Of a stretch of 64,000 nt of DNA, positions 33,457 through 43,391 are shown one piece after another. The number at the start of each line of letters is the position of its first letter. Position 1 is the stretch's first letter. The translations under genes were made by a program, and so were the position numbers. The notes below the pieces were generated by a model. It saw nothing but the letters and a program-made list of their open reading frames with translations, was not told where the DNA came from and searched no databases. Origin of the DNA: Clostridia bacterium (GTDB lineage: Bacteria; Bacillota; Clostridia; Oscillospirales; Acutalibacteraceae); assembly GCA_017433225.1 (NCBI GenBank), contig JAFRHS010000044.1, forward strand, positions 28,317 through 92,316, in the 5' to 3' direction.

Positions 33457-34678
33457 TGTCGTGGTCATCGGCGGCGGCGCAGCCGGCGTCATGGCCGCCT
33501 GTACGGCAGCGGAACAGGGGCACCGGGTCCTCCTCATCGAAAAGAACGAACGCATTGGAAGAAAAGTGATGATCACCGGAAAAGGGCGATGCAATGTCAC
33601 CAATGCCACGTACACCGTGGAGGAGCTGCTCGAGAACATACCGGTCAATCCGCGCTTTCTCTACAGTGCGTTCCACTGTTTTATGCCCGTCGATACCATG
33701 GAACTGTTCGAGGGCCTCGGCGTGCCTCTGAAGATCGAACGGGGCAACCGGGTGTTCCCGGTCTCGGACAAGGCGGTCGACATCGTCGACGCCATGGACC
33801 GGTGGCTGAAACAGACCGGGGTACATCGCCTCCACGACACCGTGAAGCACATTCTGGCGGATGACGGCGTGGTGACCGGCGTAGAAACGGAACAGCACGG
33901 GACCATCGATGCTTTTGCAGTCATCCTCGCCACAGGCGGGTGCTCATACCCCCGGACCGGCTCGACCGGCGACGGCTACCGGATGGCGGAGGAAGTGGGG
34001 CACACGGTCACCGGGATCGTCCCGTCCCTCGTTCCGATGACGTCCGACGACCGCTCCTGTGCCGACATGCAGGGGCTGTCCCTGCGCAACGTCTCCGTGT
34101 CGGTCGTCGAAGTCAAAACGGGGAAGACCGTCTATTGCGACTTTGGGGAGATGCTCTTCACTCACTTCGGCGTGTCCGGGCCGGTCATCCTCAGCGCGAG
34201 TTCCCATCTGCACGGCATGCAAAACGGGGAGTATGAACTGCGGATCGACCTCAAACCGGCGCTGTCCGACGAACAGCTGGAAGCCCGTCTTCTCCGGGAC
34301 TTTGAGGCGAACTCCAACAAAGATTTCCGCAATGCTCTCGGCGATCTGCTGCCCAAGAGCATGATCCCCGTCTTTCTGCGGAAAACCGGGGTGGACCCTT
34401 ACAAAAAAGTCAATCAGATCACCCGCGAAGAACGGCGGGAGATCTTGCATACCTTACGGGAATTCACCATCCCGCTCTCCGGGTTCCGGCCCGTGGAGGA
34501 AGCCATCGTCACGTCGGGCGGTGTGCAGGTGAAGGAAGTGGACCCGAAGACCATGGAGTCGAAACTCGTCGAGGGCCTGTATTTCGCAGGCGAAGTGCTC
34601 GATGTCGACGCCTATACGGGCGGGTTCAATCTTCAAATCGCGTTTTCGACCGGTCGTCTGGCCGGCCTCAGCGTCTAG
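33446..34678 (+). CDS. HI0933/BaiN-like NAD(P)/FAD-dependent oxidoreductase
   Basis: VVVIGGGAAGVMAA...GKGRCNVTN. C-terminal GGF motif region. GTG start overlaps the RpiR stop. Confidence 0.8.
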   Translation: MTNDVVVIGGGAAGVMAACTAAEQGHRVLLIEKNERIGRKVMITGKGRCNVTNATYTVEELLENIPVNPRFLYSAFHCFMPVDTMELFEGLGVPLKIERGNRVFPVSDKAVDIVDAMDRWLKQTGVHRLHDTVKHILADDGVVTGVETEQHGTIDAFAVILATGGCSYPRTGSTGDGYRMAEEVGHTVTGIVPSLVPMTSDDRSCADMQGLSLRNVSVSVVEVKTGKTVYCDFGEMLFTHFGVSGPVILSASSHLHGMQNGEYELRIDLKPALSDEQLEARLLRDFEANSNKDFRNALGDLLPKSMIPVFLRKTGVDPYKKVNQITREERREILHTLREFTIPLSGFRPVEEAIVTSGGVQVKEVDPKTMESKLVEGLYFAGEVLDVDAYTGGFNLQIAFSTGRLAGLSV

Positions 34679-34688
34679 GAGGTACTGT

Positions 34689-35351
34689 ATGTTCAATATT
34701 GCGATCGACGGCCCCGCCGGGGCAGGAAAAAGCAGCATCGCCCGCGCGGCGGCAGCCAACCTGGGGTTCCTCTATGTGGACACCGGCGCGCTGTACCGCA
34801 CAGTGGCGCTCGCCGCCATCCGGAAGGGCCTGAAACCTGACGAACAGGAGGCGATCGTCGCGCTCCTGCCGGACATCAAAGTCACGATGGGCTTCGTCGA
34901 CGGCGAGCAGAGAGTGTTCCTGAACGGAGATGACGTCTCGGAAGACATCCGGCTCCCGGAGGTCTCCGCCGCCGCTTCCACCGTCTCCGCCATCCCTGAG
35001 GTTCGAGGGTTCCTGTTCGACCTCCAGAGAGATATGGCGAAGACCAATGACGTCCTGATGGACGGACGGGACATCGGCACGGTCGTGCTGCCCGATGCCC
35101 AGCTCAAGATCTTCCTGACGGCAACGCCGGAAGAGCGCGCGAGACGGCGCTATGAGCAGATCAAAGACAAAAGCGACGTCACCTATGAGGAAGTCCTGAA
35201 GGACCTCAACCAGAGAGATTACCAGGACACCCACCGGGAGATCGCCCCGCTGAAACAGGCGGAGGACGCCGTTCTGCTCGACACGACCAATATGAGTTTT
35301 GAGGAGGTCGTTCAGGCGATCGAAGACCTCGCGAAGGAGAGACAAGCATGA
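34689..35351 (+). CDS. cmk: Cytidylate kinase
   Basis: MFNIAIDGPAGAGKSSIAR P-loop. AGGAGG Shine-Dalgarno. Confidence 0.9.
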   Translation: MFNIAIDGPAGAGKSSIARAAAANLGFLYVDTGALYRTVALAAIRKGLKPDEQEAIVALLPDIKVTMGFVDGEQRVFLNGDDVSEDIRLPEVSAAASTVSAIPEVRGFLFDLQRDMAKTNDVLMDGRDIGTVVLPDAQLKIFLTATPEERARRRYEQIKDKSDVTYEEVLKDLNQRDYQDTHREIAPLKQAEDAVLLDTTNMSFEEVVQAIEDLAKERQA

Positions 35352-36061
35352 GTTCCACCAAAGTCAAAAAGATTCCCCTGATCTCGGAAAAACCGTACGA
35401 TTTCAACTGGGACAAAAAGCTGGTCGACCGTCCGACCTTTTATAAATCCTGGCTGCCGCTGGCACACATCCTGCTGAACCGTGAGTTCGAACAGCTCGAT
35501 TTCTACGGCACGGAAAACGTCCCGCAGAACGGACCGTTCATCCTGGTCGCGAACCACGTCAACGGGTTCGACCCCATCACCATGGTGTACGGCATCCGTG
35601 CCCGCCGCCGCTTCTTCTTCATGGCAAAGGAAGCGTTTTTCCGCACGTTCTATATCCGCTGGCTCCTCGAACCGCTCGGCGGGTTCCCGGTCAAACGCGG
35701 CACGGCGGACCGCGACGCCATGAAGTTCGCGCAGCGCGTCTGTGAAGACGGCCGCTTCGGCCTCGTCATCTTCCCGCAGGGCACCAGAGACCGTCAGCGG
35801 AAGCGTCCGGAACTGGACACCGCATCCAACGGATTCGTCATGATCGCCCGTGAGAGCAAAGTGCCGGTCGTCCCGGCCTCCATCCATCTGGAGTCCGATC
35901 TCGAGAAGAGCCACCCGAAGTGTATCGTCCGGTTCGGCGAGCCGATCTCCTATGAAGAACTCGGTTTCACTCCGGGTTCCCGGAAAAAGAAAGAACTGAA
36001 CGCCGCAGCGGCGATCATCTGGGGGAAGGTCCAGGAGTTATGGGACAAAGACGAGATGTGA
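35348..36061 (+). CDS. plsC: 1-acyl-sn-glycerol-3-phosphate acyltransferase
   Basis: HX4D motif (ANHVNGFD) and the FPQGTR motif. ATGA overlap with cmk. Confidence 0.85.
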   Translation: MSSTKVKKIPLISEKPYDFNWDKKLVDRPTFYKSWLPLAHILLNREFEQLDFYGTENVPQNGPFILVANHVNGFDPITMVYGIRARRRFFFMAKEAFFRTFYIRWLLEPLGGFPVKRGTADRDAMKFAQRVCEDGRFGLVIFPQGTRDRQRKRPELDTASNGFVMIARESKVPVVPASIHLESDLEKSHPKCIVRFGEPISYEELGFTPGSRKKKELNAAAAIIWGKVQELWDKDEM

Positions 36062-38244
36062 AGATCATTGTCGCCGAACATGCCGGCTTCTGTTTCGGCG
36101 TGGAACGGGCGATCGACCAGATCGAAGAGTACCTGAAAACACAGCCCAACGTCTACGCGATGGGCCAGGTGGTACACAATAACGCCGTCAATGAGCGCCT
36201 CGAGGGAATGGGACTCCACTTCGAAGAAGATGAGACGAAGATCCCCGACGACGCTCAGGTCGTCCTGCGCACACACGGTGTCCCGAAACGCATCTACGAA
36301 TACTATGACGAGCGCCACATCCCGTACCTTGATGTCGCCTGTCCGTTCGTAAAACGCATCCACAAGATCGTCGAGGAGCTGGATCCGGACAACGATGTCC
36401 TCATCCTCGCCGGGACCGTCGGCCACGCCGAAGTGACCGGCACGCTCGGGTTTGCATCCTGCCCGGCATTCGTGGTCCACGACGCCGATGAGTTGAAAGA
36501 GACATACATCGCCCACGAGACCGAATGGGAAGGGAAGAAGATCAATCTCATCGCCCAGACGACATACAGCCTCGAAGAATGGGAAAAGTGCGTAACAACA
36601 ATAAAATTTTTATGTACAAACTATTCTGTTTTTGGTACAATATGTAAAGCTACCGAAGAACGCCAACATGAAGCTGAAGTACTTTCGAAACAGGTAAACA
36701 GAATGATAGTTGTCGGTGGCAGGCACAGTTCGAACACTGTCAAACTGTACAACGTTTGTCAGAAAAACTGTGAGACTTTGCTCGTTCAGGACGCGTCCGA
36801 GTTCGACCCGGCGTTCCTTGAGGGAGCCGACACCATTGGTGTCACTGCAGGAGCGTCTACGCCTTCTGCGACAATAAAGGAGGTACTTGAGTCCATGTCC
36901 GAAGAAGTAAAAACCATGACCGAAGAAAACGAAGATTTTGAAGCGATGCTCGAAGAGAGCCTCAGCAACATGTCCACCGACGGCCGCGTCGAAGGCACTG
37001 TTGTCGGCATCACCTCGACGGAGATCCAGGTCGACATCGGCAGAAAACAGACCGGTTATATCAAGTATGACGAATACAGCTATGACCCGACTGTTGACCC
37101 CGCGACCGACGTCAAAGTGGGCGACACCATCAACTGTGTCATCATGAAGACCAACGACGCCGAAGGCACCATCATGCTGTCCAAGAAACGTTTCGACAGC
37201 GCCAATGCCTGGAGCGAGCTGGAAACGGCTGCTGAGGAAGGTACCATCATCGAAGGTACCGTCACCGACATCAACAAGGGCGGCGTCATCGCCACCACCG
37301 ATAAGGGTTCCCGCGTCTTCATCCCCGGTTCTCTTGCCACTGCCAGCAGAGGCGAGCCCCTCGAAGACCTGCGCAACTCCCGCGTCCGTTTCAAGATCAT
37401 CGAGCTTGCCAAGCCGAGAAAACGTGCTGTTGGTTCCATCAGAGACGTTCTCAAGGAAGAGCGCAAAGCGGCCCGTGAAAAGTTCTGGGAGACTGCTGAA
37501 GAAGGTCAGACCTTCACCGGCGTCGTCAAATCCCTCACTTCCTATGGCGCTTTCGTCGACATCGGCGGCATCGACGGCATGATCCACATCTCCGAACTCT
37601 CCTGGAAGCGCATCAAGCATCCTTCTGAAGTTCTGAACGTCGGCGACACGGTCGAAGTTTACATCAAATCCCTCGAGAACGAGCGCATCTCTCTTGGTTA
37701 CAAGAAAGACGAAGACAACCCCTGGGTCGTTCTCTCCAAGACCTATGAAGTCGGCGACGTTGTCGACGCCACCATCGTCGGCATGACCGCGTTCGGTGCA
37801 TTCGCCAACATCATCCCCGGCATCGACGGCCTCATCCACATTTCTCAGATCGCCAACAAGCGCATCGAGAAACCGGACGATGTCCTGAAGAAGGGCCAGG
37901 TCGTCAGCTGCCAGATCACCGACATCGACTACGACAAGAAACGCGTCAGCCTTTCCATCCGTGCTCTTCTCGATGACGAAGAAGACCTGACGGACATCCT
38001 CGAGACCGAGGAAGAGGCTCCGGCTGAGGAAGTCGTCGAAGAGGCTCCGGCTGAGGAAGTCGTCGAAGAAGCTCCCGCTGAGGAAGTCGTCGAAGAAGCT
38101 CCCGCTGAGGAAGTCGTCGAAGAAGCTCCCGCTGAGGAAGCTGTCGAAGAGGCTCCGGCTGAAGAAGCTGTCGAAGAGGCTCCGGCTGAGGAAGCTGCTG
38201 AAGAAGCTCCCGCTGAGGAAGCTGCTGAGGAAGCCGCTGAATAA
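36058..38244 (+). CDS. ispH: 4-hydroxy-3-methylbut-2-enyl diphosphate reductase fused to four S1 RNA-binding domains with an acidic repeat tail
   Basis: [19 protein letters not shown] IspH N-terminus, four S1 repeats, then a C-terminal (EEAPAEEVV)n. GTG 36058 overlaps the plsC stop; the track start ATG 36040 is an alternative. Confidence 0.85.
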   Translation: MKIIVAEHAGFCFGVERAIDQIEEYLKTQPNVYAMGQVVHNNAVNERLEGMGLHFEEDETKIPDDAQVVLRTHGVPKRIYEYYDERHIPYLDVACPFVKRIHKIVEELDPDNDVLILAGTVGHAEVTGTLGFASCPAFVVHDADELKETYIAHETEWEGKKINLIAQTTYSLEEWEKCVTTIKFLCTNYSVFGTICKATEERQHEAEVLSKQVNRMIVVGGRHSSNTVKLYNVCQKNCETLLVQDASEFDPAFLEGADTIGVTAGASTPSATIKEVLESMSEEVKTMTEENEDFEAMLEESLSNMSTDGRVEGTVVGITSTEIQVDIGRKQTGYIKYDEYSYDPTVDPATDVKVGDTINCVIMKTNDAEGTIMLSKKRFDSANAWSELETAAEEGTIIEGTVTDINKGGVIATTDKGSRVFIPGSLATASRGEPLEDLRNSRVRFKIIELAKPRKRAVGSIRDVLKEERKAAREKFWETAEEGQTFTGVVKSLTSYGAFVDIGGIDGMIHISELSWKRIKHPSEVLNVGDTVEVYIKSLENERISLGYKKDEDNPWVVLSKTYEVGDVVDATIVGMTAFGAFANIIPGIDGLIHISQIANKRIEKPDDVLKKGQVVSCQITDIDYDKKRVSLSIRALLDDEEDLTDILETEEEAPAEEVVEEAPAEEVVEEAPAEEVVEEAPAEEVVEEAPAEEAVEEAPAEEAVEEAPAEEAAEEAPAEEAAEEAAE
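38011..38226 (+). repeat. Eight tandem 27-bp coding repeats (EEAPAEE[VA][VA])
   Basis: Read directly: two codon sub-variants (GAGGCTCCGGCT and GAAGCTCCCGCT) are interleaved. Confidence 0.9.
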
Positions 38245-38267
38245 GCGTCCCATTCTGCGAAAATACC

Positions 38268-38298
38268 AGACCACCGACTGTTGTCGGTGGTCTTTTTC
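38268..38298 (+). terminator. Intrinsic terminator after ispH-S1
   Basis: AGACCACCGAC TGTT GTCGGTGGTCT followed by TTTT. Confidence 0.8.
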
Positions 38299-38329
38299 TG
38301 TGGTATAATACGACACGACTATTATATGT

Positions 38330-38794
38330 ATGGAGGTACTGCTTTTGCGCAAACAGGAGCAGATCCTTTCTGTAATAGCGCTTGTCTTACTGGCCGGAAT
38401 CATACTCTATCATGTTCTCTCTTCACCGCTGCGGTATGAAGTGACGGTGGAAGAGGAGGTCACTACGGAAACTGTTGTCGCGACGACATCGGTTTCTTTG
38501 TCTGTCTCAAGTGAATCGCCCACGGCGGCGGAAACACCGGCGGAAACGCCCTCAGAGCCCGTTTCAGAGGCTCCAGCGGCAGCCCCCGGGATCGACGACA
38601 CCGGGAAAGTGAACCTCAACACAGCGACGCTGGAGGATCTCAAGACCCTGAACGGGGTAGGGGATTCCAAAGCGCAGGCCATCATCGATGACCGGACCGA
38701 AAACGGACCGTTCACGAGCGTGGAGGACCTGACCCGCGTCAGCGGGATCGGCCAGAAGACCTTTGAATCTTTGAGAGACCAGATCACGGTTTAG
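38330..38794 (+). CDS. comEA: ComEA-family helix-hairpin-helix DNA-binding protein
   Basis: N-terminal TM helix. VNLNTATLEDLKTLNGVGDSKAQAII...VSGIGQKTFESL. Confidence 0.85.
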   Translation: MEVLLLRKQEQILSVIALVLLAGIILYHVLSSPLRYEVTVEEEVTTETVVATTSVSLSVSSESPTAAETPAETPSEPVSEAPAAAPGIDDTGKVNLNTATLEDLKTLNGVGDSKAQAIIDDRTENGPFTSVEDLTRVSGIGQKTFESLRDQITV

Positions 38795-38811
38795 AAGGAT
38801 GTGTCAACAGC

Positions 38812-40227
38812 GTGGTCTTTTCCAGTTTATCGTTCTTATATATCTTCCTGCCCATCTGCATCCTCGGCGCCTTCTCGCTGCCGAAACTGCAGTGGAAGAA
38901 CTACTTTCTCCTGGCAATGTCCCTGTTTTTCTACGCATGGGGCGAGCCCAAGTGGATCATTCTCATGATCATCTCGACCGCAGTCGAGTACGCGGGCGCT
39001 CTGGTAGTGGACAAAAACCGGGGGACATGGAAAGCGAAAGCGGCGGTCGGCGTCAGCATCGGTGTCGCTCTGAGCTTTCTCTTCATTTTTAAATATTTAG
39101 ACTTTTTCACCTTCAACTTCAATACTCTGTTCCACACGCACGCGAAGCTTCTGGAACTGACGCTGCCCATCGGCATCTCGTTCTACACGTTCCAGACCAT
39201 CACGTACATCGTCGATGTCTACCGGGACAAGGCCCCGGTGCAGAAGAACTTCGGCTACCTGCTGCTCTACGTCAGCATGTTCCCGCAGCTCATCGCCGGA
39301 CCGATCGTCAAATACGTGGACATCGAGGCGCAGATCCGCAAGCGGACCCTGCATGGAAAAGAGGTTGGGGAAGGTGTTTTGCGCTTTCTTGTGGGTCTGT
39401 TCAAGAAGGCTGTCCTCGCGAACGTCGCCGGTGAAGTCGCCGCCACGTTCCTCGACGGAGACCTCTCGAACCTGTCCGTCCTCGGCGCCTGGCTCGGCAT
39501 CCTGAGCTACACGCTCCAGATCTACTTCGATTTCTCCGCCTACTCCGACATGGCCATCGGCCTCGGCCGCATGTTCGGATTCAAGTACAAGGAGAACTTC
39601 AACTACCCATACATCGCCAACAGCATTACAGACTTCTGGCGGCGCTGGCACATCTCGCTGACCACGTTCTTCCGGGAGTACCTCTACATCCCGCTCGGCG
39701 GCAACCGGAAACATCAGGTCCTGAACCTGTTCATCGTCTGGGCGCTGACCGGCTTCTGGCACGGCGCTGCCTGGAATTTCGTCGCCTGGGGACTGTACTA
39801 TTTCGTTCTCATCATGGCGGAAAAGCTGTTCCTCGGCGAAGCGCTCGAGAAGATCCCGCGGGTCTTCGGGCACATCTACGCGCTCCTGTTCGTCATCCTC
39901 GGCTGGGGACTCTTCTACTTCGACGACATGACCCGGCTGCGTCAGTTCTTCTCGGTGCTCTTCGGGTTCGGCGCCTCTGCAGGTGCCACCGCAGGCGATG
40001 TGTCCATCCTGCTCAACCACCTTCTGTTCTTCCTGTTCGCCATCGTCGCGTGCCTGCCGGTCTCCCGTTACATCAAGGAGCGGTACATCGCCTTTGGCCG
40101 CTCCAGCATCCCGAATTCCAAGCTGGCCGACGCAGGACTCGTGGTCTTCGCCGCTGTGCTGCTGTTCCTTAACACGGCCGCCATCGTGGGGTCCACCTAC
40201 AACCCCTTCCTTTACTTCAGATTCTAA
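38812..40227 (+). CDS. MBOAT-family O-acyltransferase (AlgI/DltB-like)
   Basis: MVFSSLSFLYIFLPI N-terminus, FWRRWHISL motif with the conserved His. Multi-TM. Confidence 0.85.
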   Translation: MVFSSLSFLYIFLPICILGAFSLPKLQWKNYFLLAMSLFFYAWGEPKWIILMIISTAVEYAGALVVDKNRGTWKAKAAVGVSIGVALSFLFIFKYLDFFTFNFNTLFHTHAKLLELTLPIGISFYTFQTITYIVDVYRDKAPVQKNFGYLLLYVSMFPQLIAGPIVKYVDIEAQIRKRTLHGKEVGEGVLRFLVGLFKKAVLANVAGEVAATFLDGDLSNLSVLGAWLGILSYTLQIYFDFSAYSDMAIGLGRMFGFKYKENFNYPYIANSITDFWRRWHISLTTFFREYLYIPLGGNRKHQVLNLFIVWALTGFWHGAAWNFVAWGLYYFVLIMAEKLFLGEALEKIPRVFGHIYALLFVILGWGLFYFDDMTRLRQFFSVLFGFGASAGATAGDVSILLNHLLFFLFAIVACLPVSRYIKERYIAFGRSSIPNSKLADAGLVVFAAVLLFLNTAAIVGSTYNPFLYFRF

Positions 40228-40239
40228 GGAGTTTTTCCC

Positions 40240-40656
40240 TTGAAACACAGACAAACTGACCCGAACGCGCTGCCGCTGCTGCGCTACTCGCGGGTAGGTG
40301 TGACCCTCCTGGCCATGCTGCTCGCCGTGACCATGTTCTTCTTCCTGTTCTCCCTGTTCGACACCGACGCCACCGTCTCGGAACAGGAAAACCGGAAACT
40401 GGCCGCGAAACCCGCCTTCTCGGTCTCGAGCCTCCTGGCGGGGGAGTACATCCCGAAAGTGGAGTCGTACTACTCCGACACGTTCCCGATGCGGAACTTC
40501 TTCCTGACCGTGAACCAAGGCATTTCGAAAGTGACGAGCCGCATGTCGTTCCGCGCGGATGACGTGGTCGTCGTACAAAACAATCAACCGGACGATTTTG
40601 GCGGACAGTCCCTGCAGGATGTGACCTCCACTTCCGACAAAGAAAACGAGGGCTGA
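40240..40656 (+). CDS. DHHW/AlgJ-like protein, N-terminal fragment only (probably truncated)
   Basis: TM anchor plus ENRKLAAKPAFSVSSLLAGEYIPKVESYYSDTFPMRNFF, typical of the N-terminus of MBOAT partner proteins. It stops at 138 aa, 4 nt before the next gene. TTG start after AAGGAG. Confidence 0.45.
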   Translation: MKHRQTDPNALPLLRYSRVGVTLLAMLLAVTMFFFLFSLFDTDATVSEQENRKLAAKPAFSVSSLLAGEYIPKVESYYSDTFPMRNFFLTVNQGISKVTSRMSFRADDVVVVQNNQPDDFGGQSLQDVTSTSDKENEG

Positions 40657-40660
40657 CCGC

Positions 40661-41524
40661 ATGCAATACATCATCCTGGACCTGGAATGGAACACCGCGT
40701 TCGACAAACGCCGCAAGGAGTTCGTCAACGAGATCATCGAGTTCGGCGCGGTGAAACTGGACGACCGGCTGGAAGAGGTCGACACCTTTTCAAGCTTCGT
40801 CAAACCGGTCATCGAAAAGAAACTGACGTCCCGGGTGCGCAAACTGACGCACATCTCCAATGAGGACGTCCAGAACGCCGAAAGGTACCTGCCCGTCACG
40901 AACCACTTCACGGACTGGATCGGGGAAGACCCCGACACCGTCTTCATGAGCTGGGGAGACATGGACATCCGGGCGCTCATCAGCAACAACGGGTCAGCGT
41001 TCGACAACGTCCGCATCCCGTACATCCACCACTATGTGGACCTGCAGGACTGCTTCATGAAGCAGAAAGGCCTGCCGAAGGCGCATCAGGTGGGGCTCTC
41101 TACGGCGGCCGAGATGATCGACGTCGACCCCGAGACCTTCGCTCTCCACCGGGCGCTGGATGACAGCATCCTCGCTTCGGTGTGTTTCCGGGCGATCTAC
41201 GACGAGATCGATCTGGACGACTATGTAGTGGAGGTCGATGAGGAGTTCTACCAGCAGATGCTCTTCAAGCCGTACATCATCAAGGAGATCGACGACACCG
41301 GCGTCGACAAATCGATGCTCGACTGCTCCTGCATCCTCTGCGGCGAGAAAGCGAAGAAGCTCTCCGAATGGCGGTTCTCCGGCAGTTCCTTCCACGCCAT
41401 CTACAAGTGTGAACCGTGCAACCAGAAGTACCGCGTGAACGTCCAGTTCAAACGGCAGTTCAATCAGGTCGTGTCGAAGAAGACCGTCCTCAAAATCAAA
41501 GACAAGAAAAAGAAAAAGGCTTAA
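40661..41524 (+). CDS. DEDD-family 3'-5' exonuclease with C-terminal zinc ribbon
   Basis: YIILDLEWN, EIIEFGAVKL, HRALDDS motifs. CSCILCG...CEPCN. Confidence 0.75.
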   Translation: MQYIILDLEWNTAFDKRRKEFVNEIIEFGAVKLDDRLEEVDTFSSFVKPVIEKKLTSRVRKLTHISNEDVQNAERYLPVTNHFTDWIGEDPDTVFMSWGDMDIRALISNNGSAFDNVRIPYIHHYVDLQDCFMKQKGLPKAHQVGLSTAAEMIDVDPETFALHRALDDSILASVCFRAIYDEIDLDDYVVEVDEEFYQQMLFKPYIIKEIDDTGVDKSMLDCSCILCGEKAKKLSEWRFSGSSFHAIYKCEPCNQKYRVNVQFKRQFNQVVSKKTVLKIKDKKKKKA

Positions 41525-41550
41525 CTCTCAGAAGTTAAGCCTTTTGTTTT
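41518..41550 (+). terminator. Intrinsic terminator after the exonuclease gene
   Basis: GGCTTAACT CTCAGA AGTTAAGCC followed by TTTTGTTTTT. Confidence 0.75.
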
Positions 41551-41700
41551 TATAATGGGAATTTTTCGTAGGAAAAGTTTGTCGAAGCAAGAATTGAGCT
41601 TTGCGGGGTGCGCCGAAGGCGCTATTGATTCTCAGAAACAGCCTCCGCAACGCGACCTTCGCAGCGAGACAAAGCTTTTCCAGAATAATTCTCAACCATA

Positions 41701-42459
41701 TCAACCAATAAGATCCTTCATCGAGTACTTTCCGGGTGCTTTGCCGGCGAGGAACGCGGCGGCGTTCAGCGCGCCGTTGGCGAAGATCTTCCGGCTGGCG
41801 GCGTGGTGGGAGATCTTGATGACCTCGTCCGGGCCGCCGAAGATGACTTCGTGCTCACCGACGATGGTGCCGGCACGGACTGCGTGGATGCCGATCTCGT
41901 TGACCGGGCGTTTTTCGCGCTTCGCGGCACGGTTGGTCTCATAGTCGACCTCTTCCGGCAGGACGGAGGCGATCTCGTCGGCGATCATCAGAGCCGTGCC
42001 GCTGGGCGCGTCGAGCTTCTGGTTGTGATGCGCTTCGACGATCTCGATGTTGAAGCCGGGGTAGAGGATCTCAGCCGCTTTTTTCGCCAGTTCCGAGATC
42101 AGATTGACGCCGATCGACATGTTGGCGGAGAAGAAGACCGGGATGGTCTTTGCCGCTTCGTCGATCTTCGCCAGCTGTTCTTCGCTGAAGCCGGTCGTGC
42201 AGATGACGACGGGGACCTCATTGGCGAGTGCATAGGACAGGATGCCGTCCAGCGCGACAGGGTTCGAGAAGTCGATGATGACATCGGGTTTGACCTCGAT
42301 GTTCTCGTAATCGGTGTAAGTGGAGAAGGAGAAGACTTCGTTCTCGGGTGCCTTGTAGTCGACACCGGCGATGACTTCGAGGTCGTCCCGCTCCTTGGAG
42401 AGCTCCAGGATGACCCGGCCCATGCGGCCGAGGTATCCGTTCATCAGAATGTTGACCAT
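41701..42459 (-). CDS. dapB: 4-hydroxy-tetrahydrodipicolinate reductase
   Basis: 252 aa. GYLGRMGR NAD motif and EAHHNQKLDAPSGTA. Confidence 0.9.
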   Translation of the reverse strand: MVNILMNGYLGRMGRVILELSKERDDLEVIAGVDYKAPENEVFSFSTYTDYENIEVKPDVIIDFSNPVALDGILSYALANEVPVVICTTGFSEEQLAKIDEAAKTIPVFFSANMSIGVNLISELAKKAAEILYPGFNIEIVEAHHNQKLDAPSGTALMIADEIASVLPEEVDYETNRAAKREKRPVNEIGIHAVRAGTIVGEHEVIFGGPDEVIKISHHAASRKIFANGALNAAAFLAGKAPGKYSMKDLIG

Positions 42460-42469
42460 ATCCGTCTCC

Positions 42470-43369
42470 TTATGCCTTGACGAGGCCGTAGCGGATGAGT
42501 ATCTGCTTCAGCGCCTCATGGCCGGCATCGGACATGACATCGAGCGGCATGCGGCAGTCGCCGACTTCTTTGCCCATGATGTTCATGGCTTCCTTGACGG
42601 GGATGGGGTTGACGTCGCTGAAGAGCGCGTTGATGAGGTCGATGTACTCGATCTGCAGTCTCGCGGACTCCGCCACGTTGCCGTTGATGGCTTCCATGGC
42701 GATGTCATGGGCCACTTTCGGCGCCACGTTGGAAAGGACGGAGATGACGCCCTTTGCGCCGAGGGCGCAGAGCGCGGTGATCTGGTCGTCGTTGCCGCTG
42801 TAGAAGTCGAGCTTGTCTCCGCAAAGATCCATGGTCTTGGCGAACGCGGCGATGTTGCCGTTGGCCTCTTTGGCAGCGACCACACGGGGCATCTCGGCGA
42901 GTTCCGCATAGGTCTCCGGCTTGATGTCGACGCCGGTACGGGACGGAACGTTGTAGAGAACGATCGGTTTGGAAACGCGGTCGTGGATGTATCTGTAATG
43001 GCGTACAAGGCCTCTCTGAGAGGTTTTGTTGTAATAAGGCGTTACCATCAGGAGAGCGTCCGCACCGGCCTTCTCGGCCTCGTTGGAAAGTTTGACCGCG
43101 AACGCGGTGTCGTTGGAACCGGTGCCGGCAATGACCGGGACGCGGCCTGCGACCTGCTTGCAGGTGAACTCGATGCCTTTGACGTGCTCGACGATGTCGA
43201 GGGCAGAACCTTCACCGGTGGTGCCGATGCTGATGATGGCATCGGTGCCCGCGGCGATCTGCTCTTCGATGAGCTCCGCCATTTTCGGATAGTTGATGTT
43301 GCCGTAGTTGTCGAAGGGGGTGACCAGCGCTACGCCGGCACCTTCAAAGATGGGCTTGGGTCCTTTCAT
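42470..43369 (-). CDS. dapA: 4-hydroxy-tetrahydrodipicolinate synthase
   Basis: 299 aa. GTTGEGS and PYYNK motifs. Confidence 0.9.
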   Translation of the reverse strand: MKGPKPIFEGAGVALVTPFDNYGNINYPKMAELIEEQIAAGTDAIISIGTTGEGSALDIVEHVKGIEFTCKQVAGRVPVIAGTGSNDTAFAVKLSNEAEKAGADALLMVTPYYNKTSQRGLVRHYRYIHDRVSKPIVLYNVPSRTGVDIKPETYAELAEMPRVVAAKEANGNIAAFAKTMDLCGDKLDFYSGNDDQITALCALGAKGVISVLSNVAPKVAHDIAMEAINGNVAESARLQIEYIDLINALFSDVNPIPVKEAMNIMGKEVGDCRMPLDVMSDAGHEALKQILIRYGLVKA

Positions 43370-43391
43370 TGTCGTTCCTCCTGTTCAGGGA

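Noticed and set aside
41555-41944. 129-aa plus-strand ORF after the exonuclease terminator
   Set aside because: Most of it lies antisense to the dapB 3' end. It has no Shine-Dalgarno and a low-complexity sequence.
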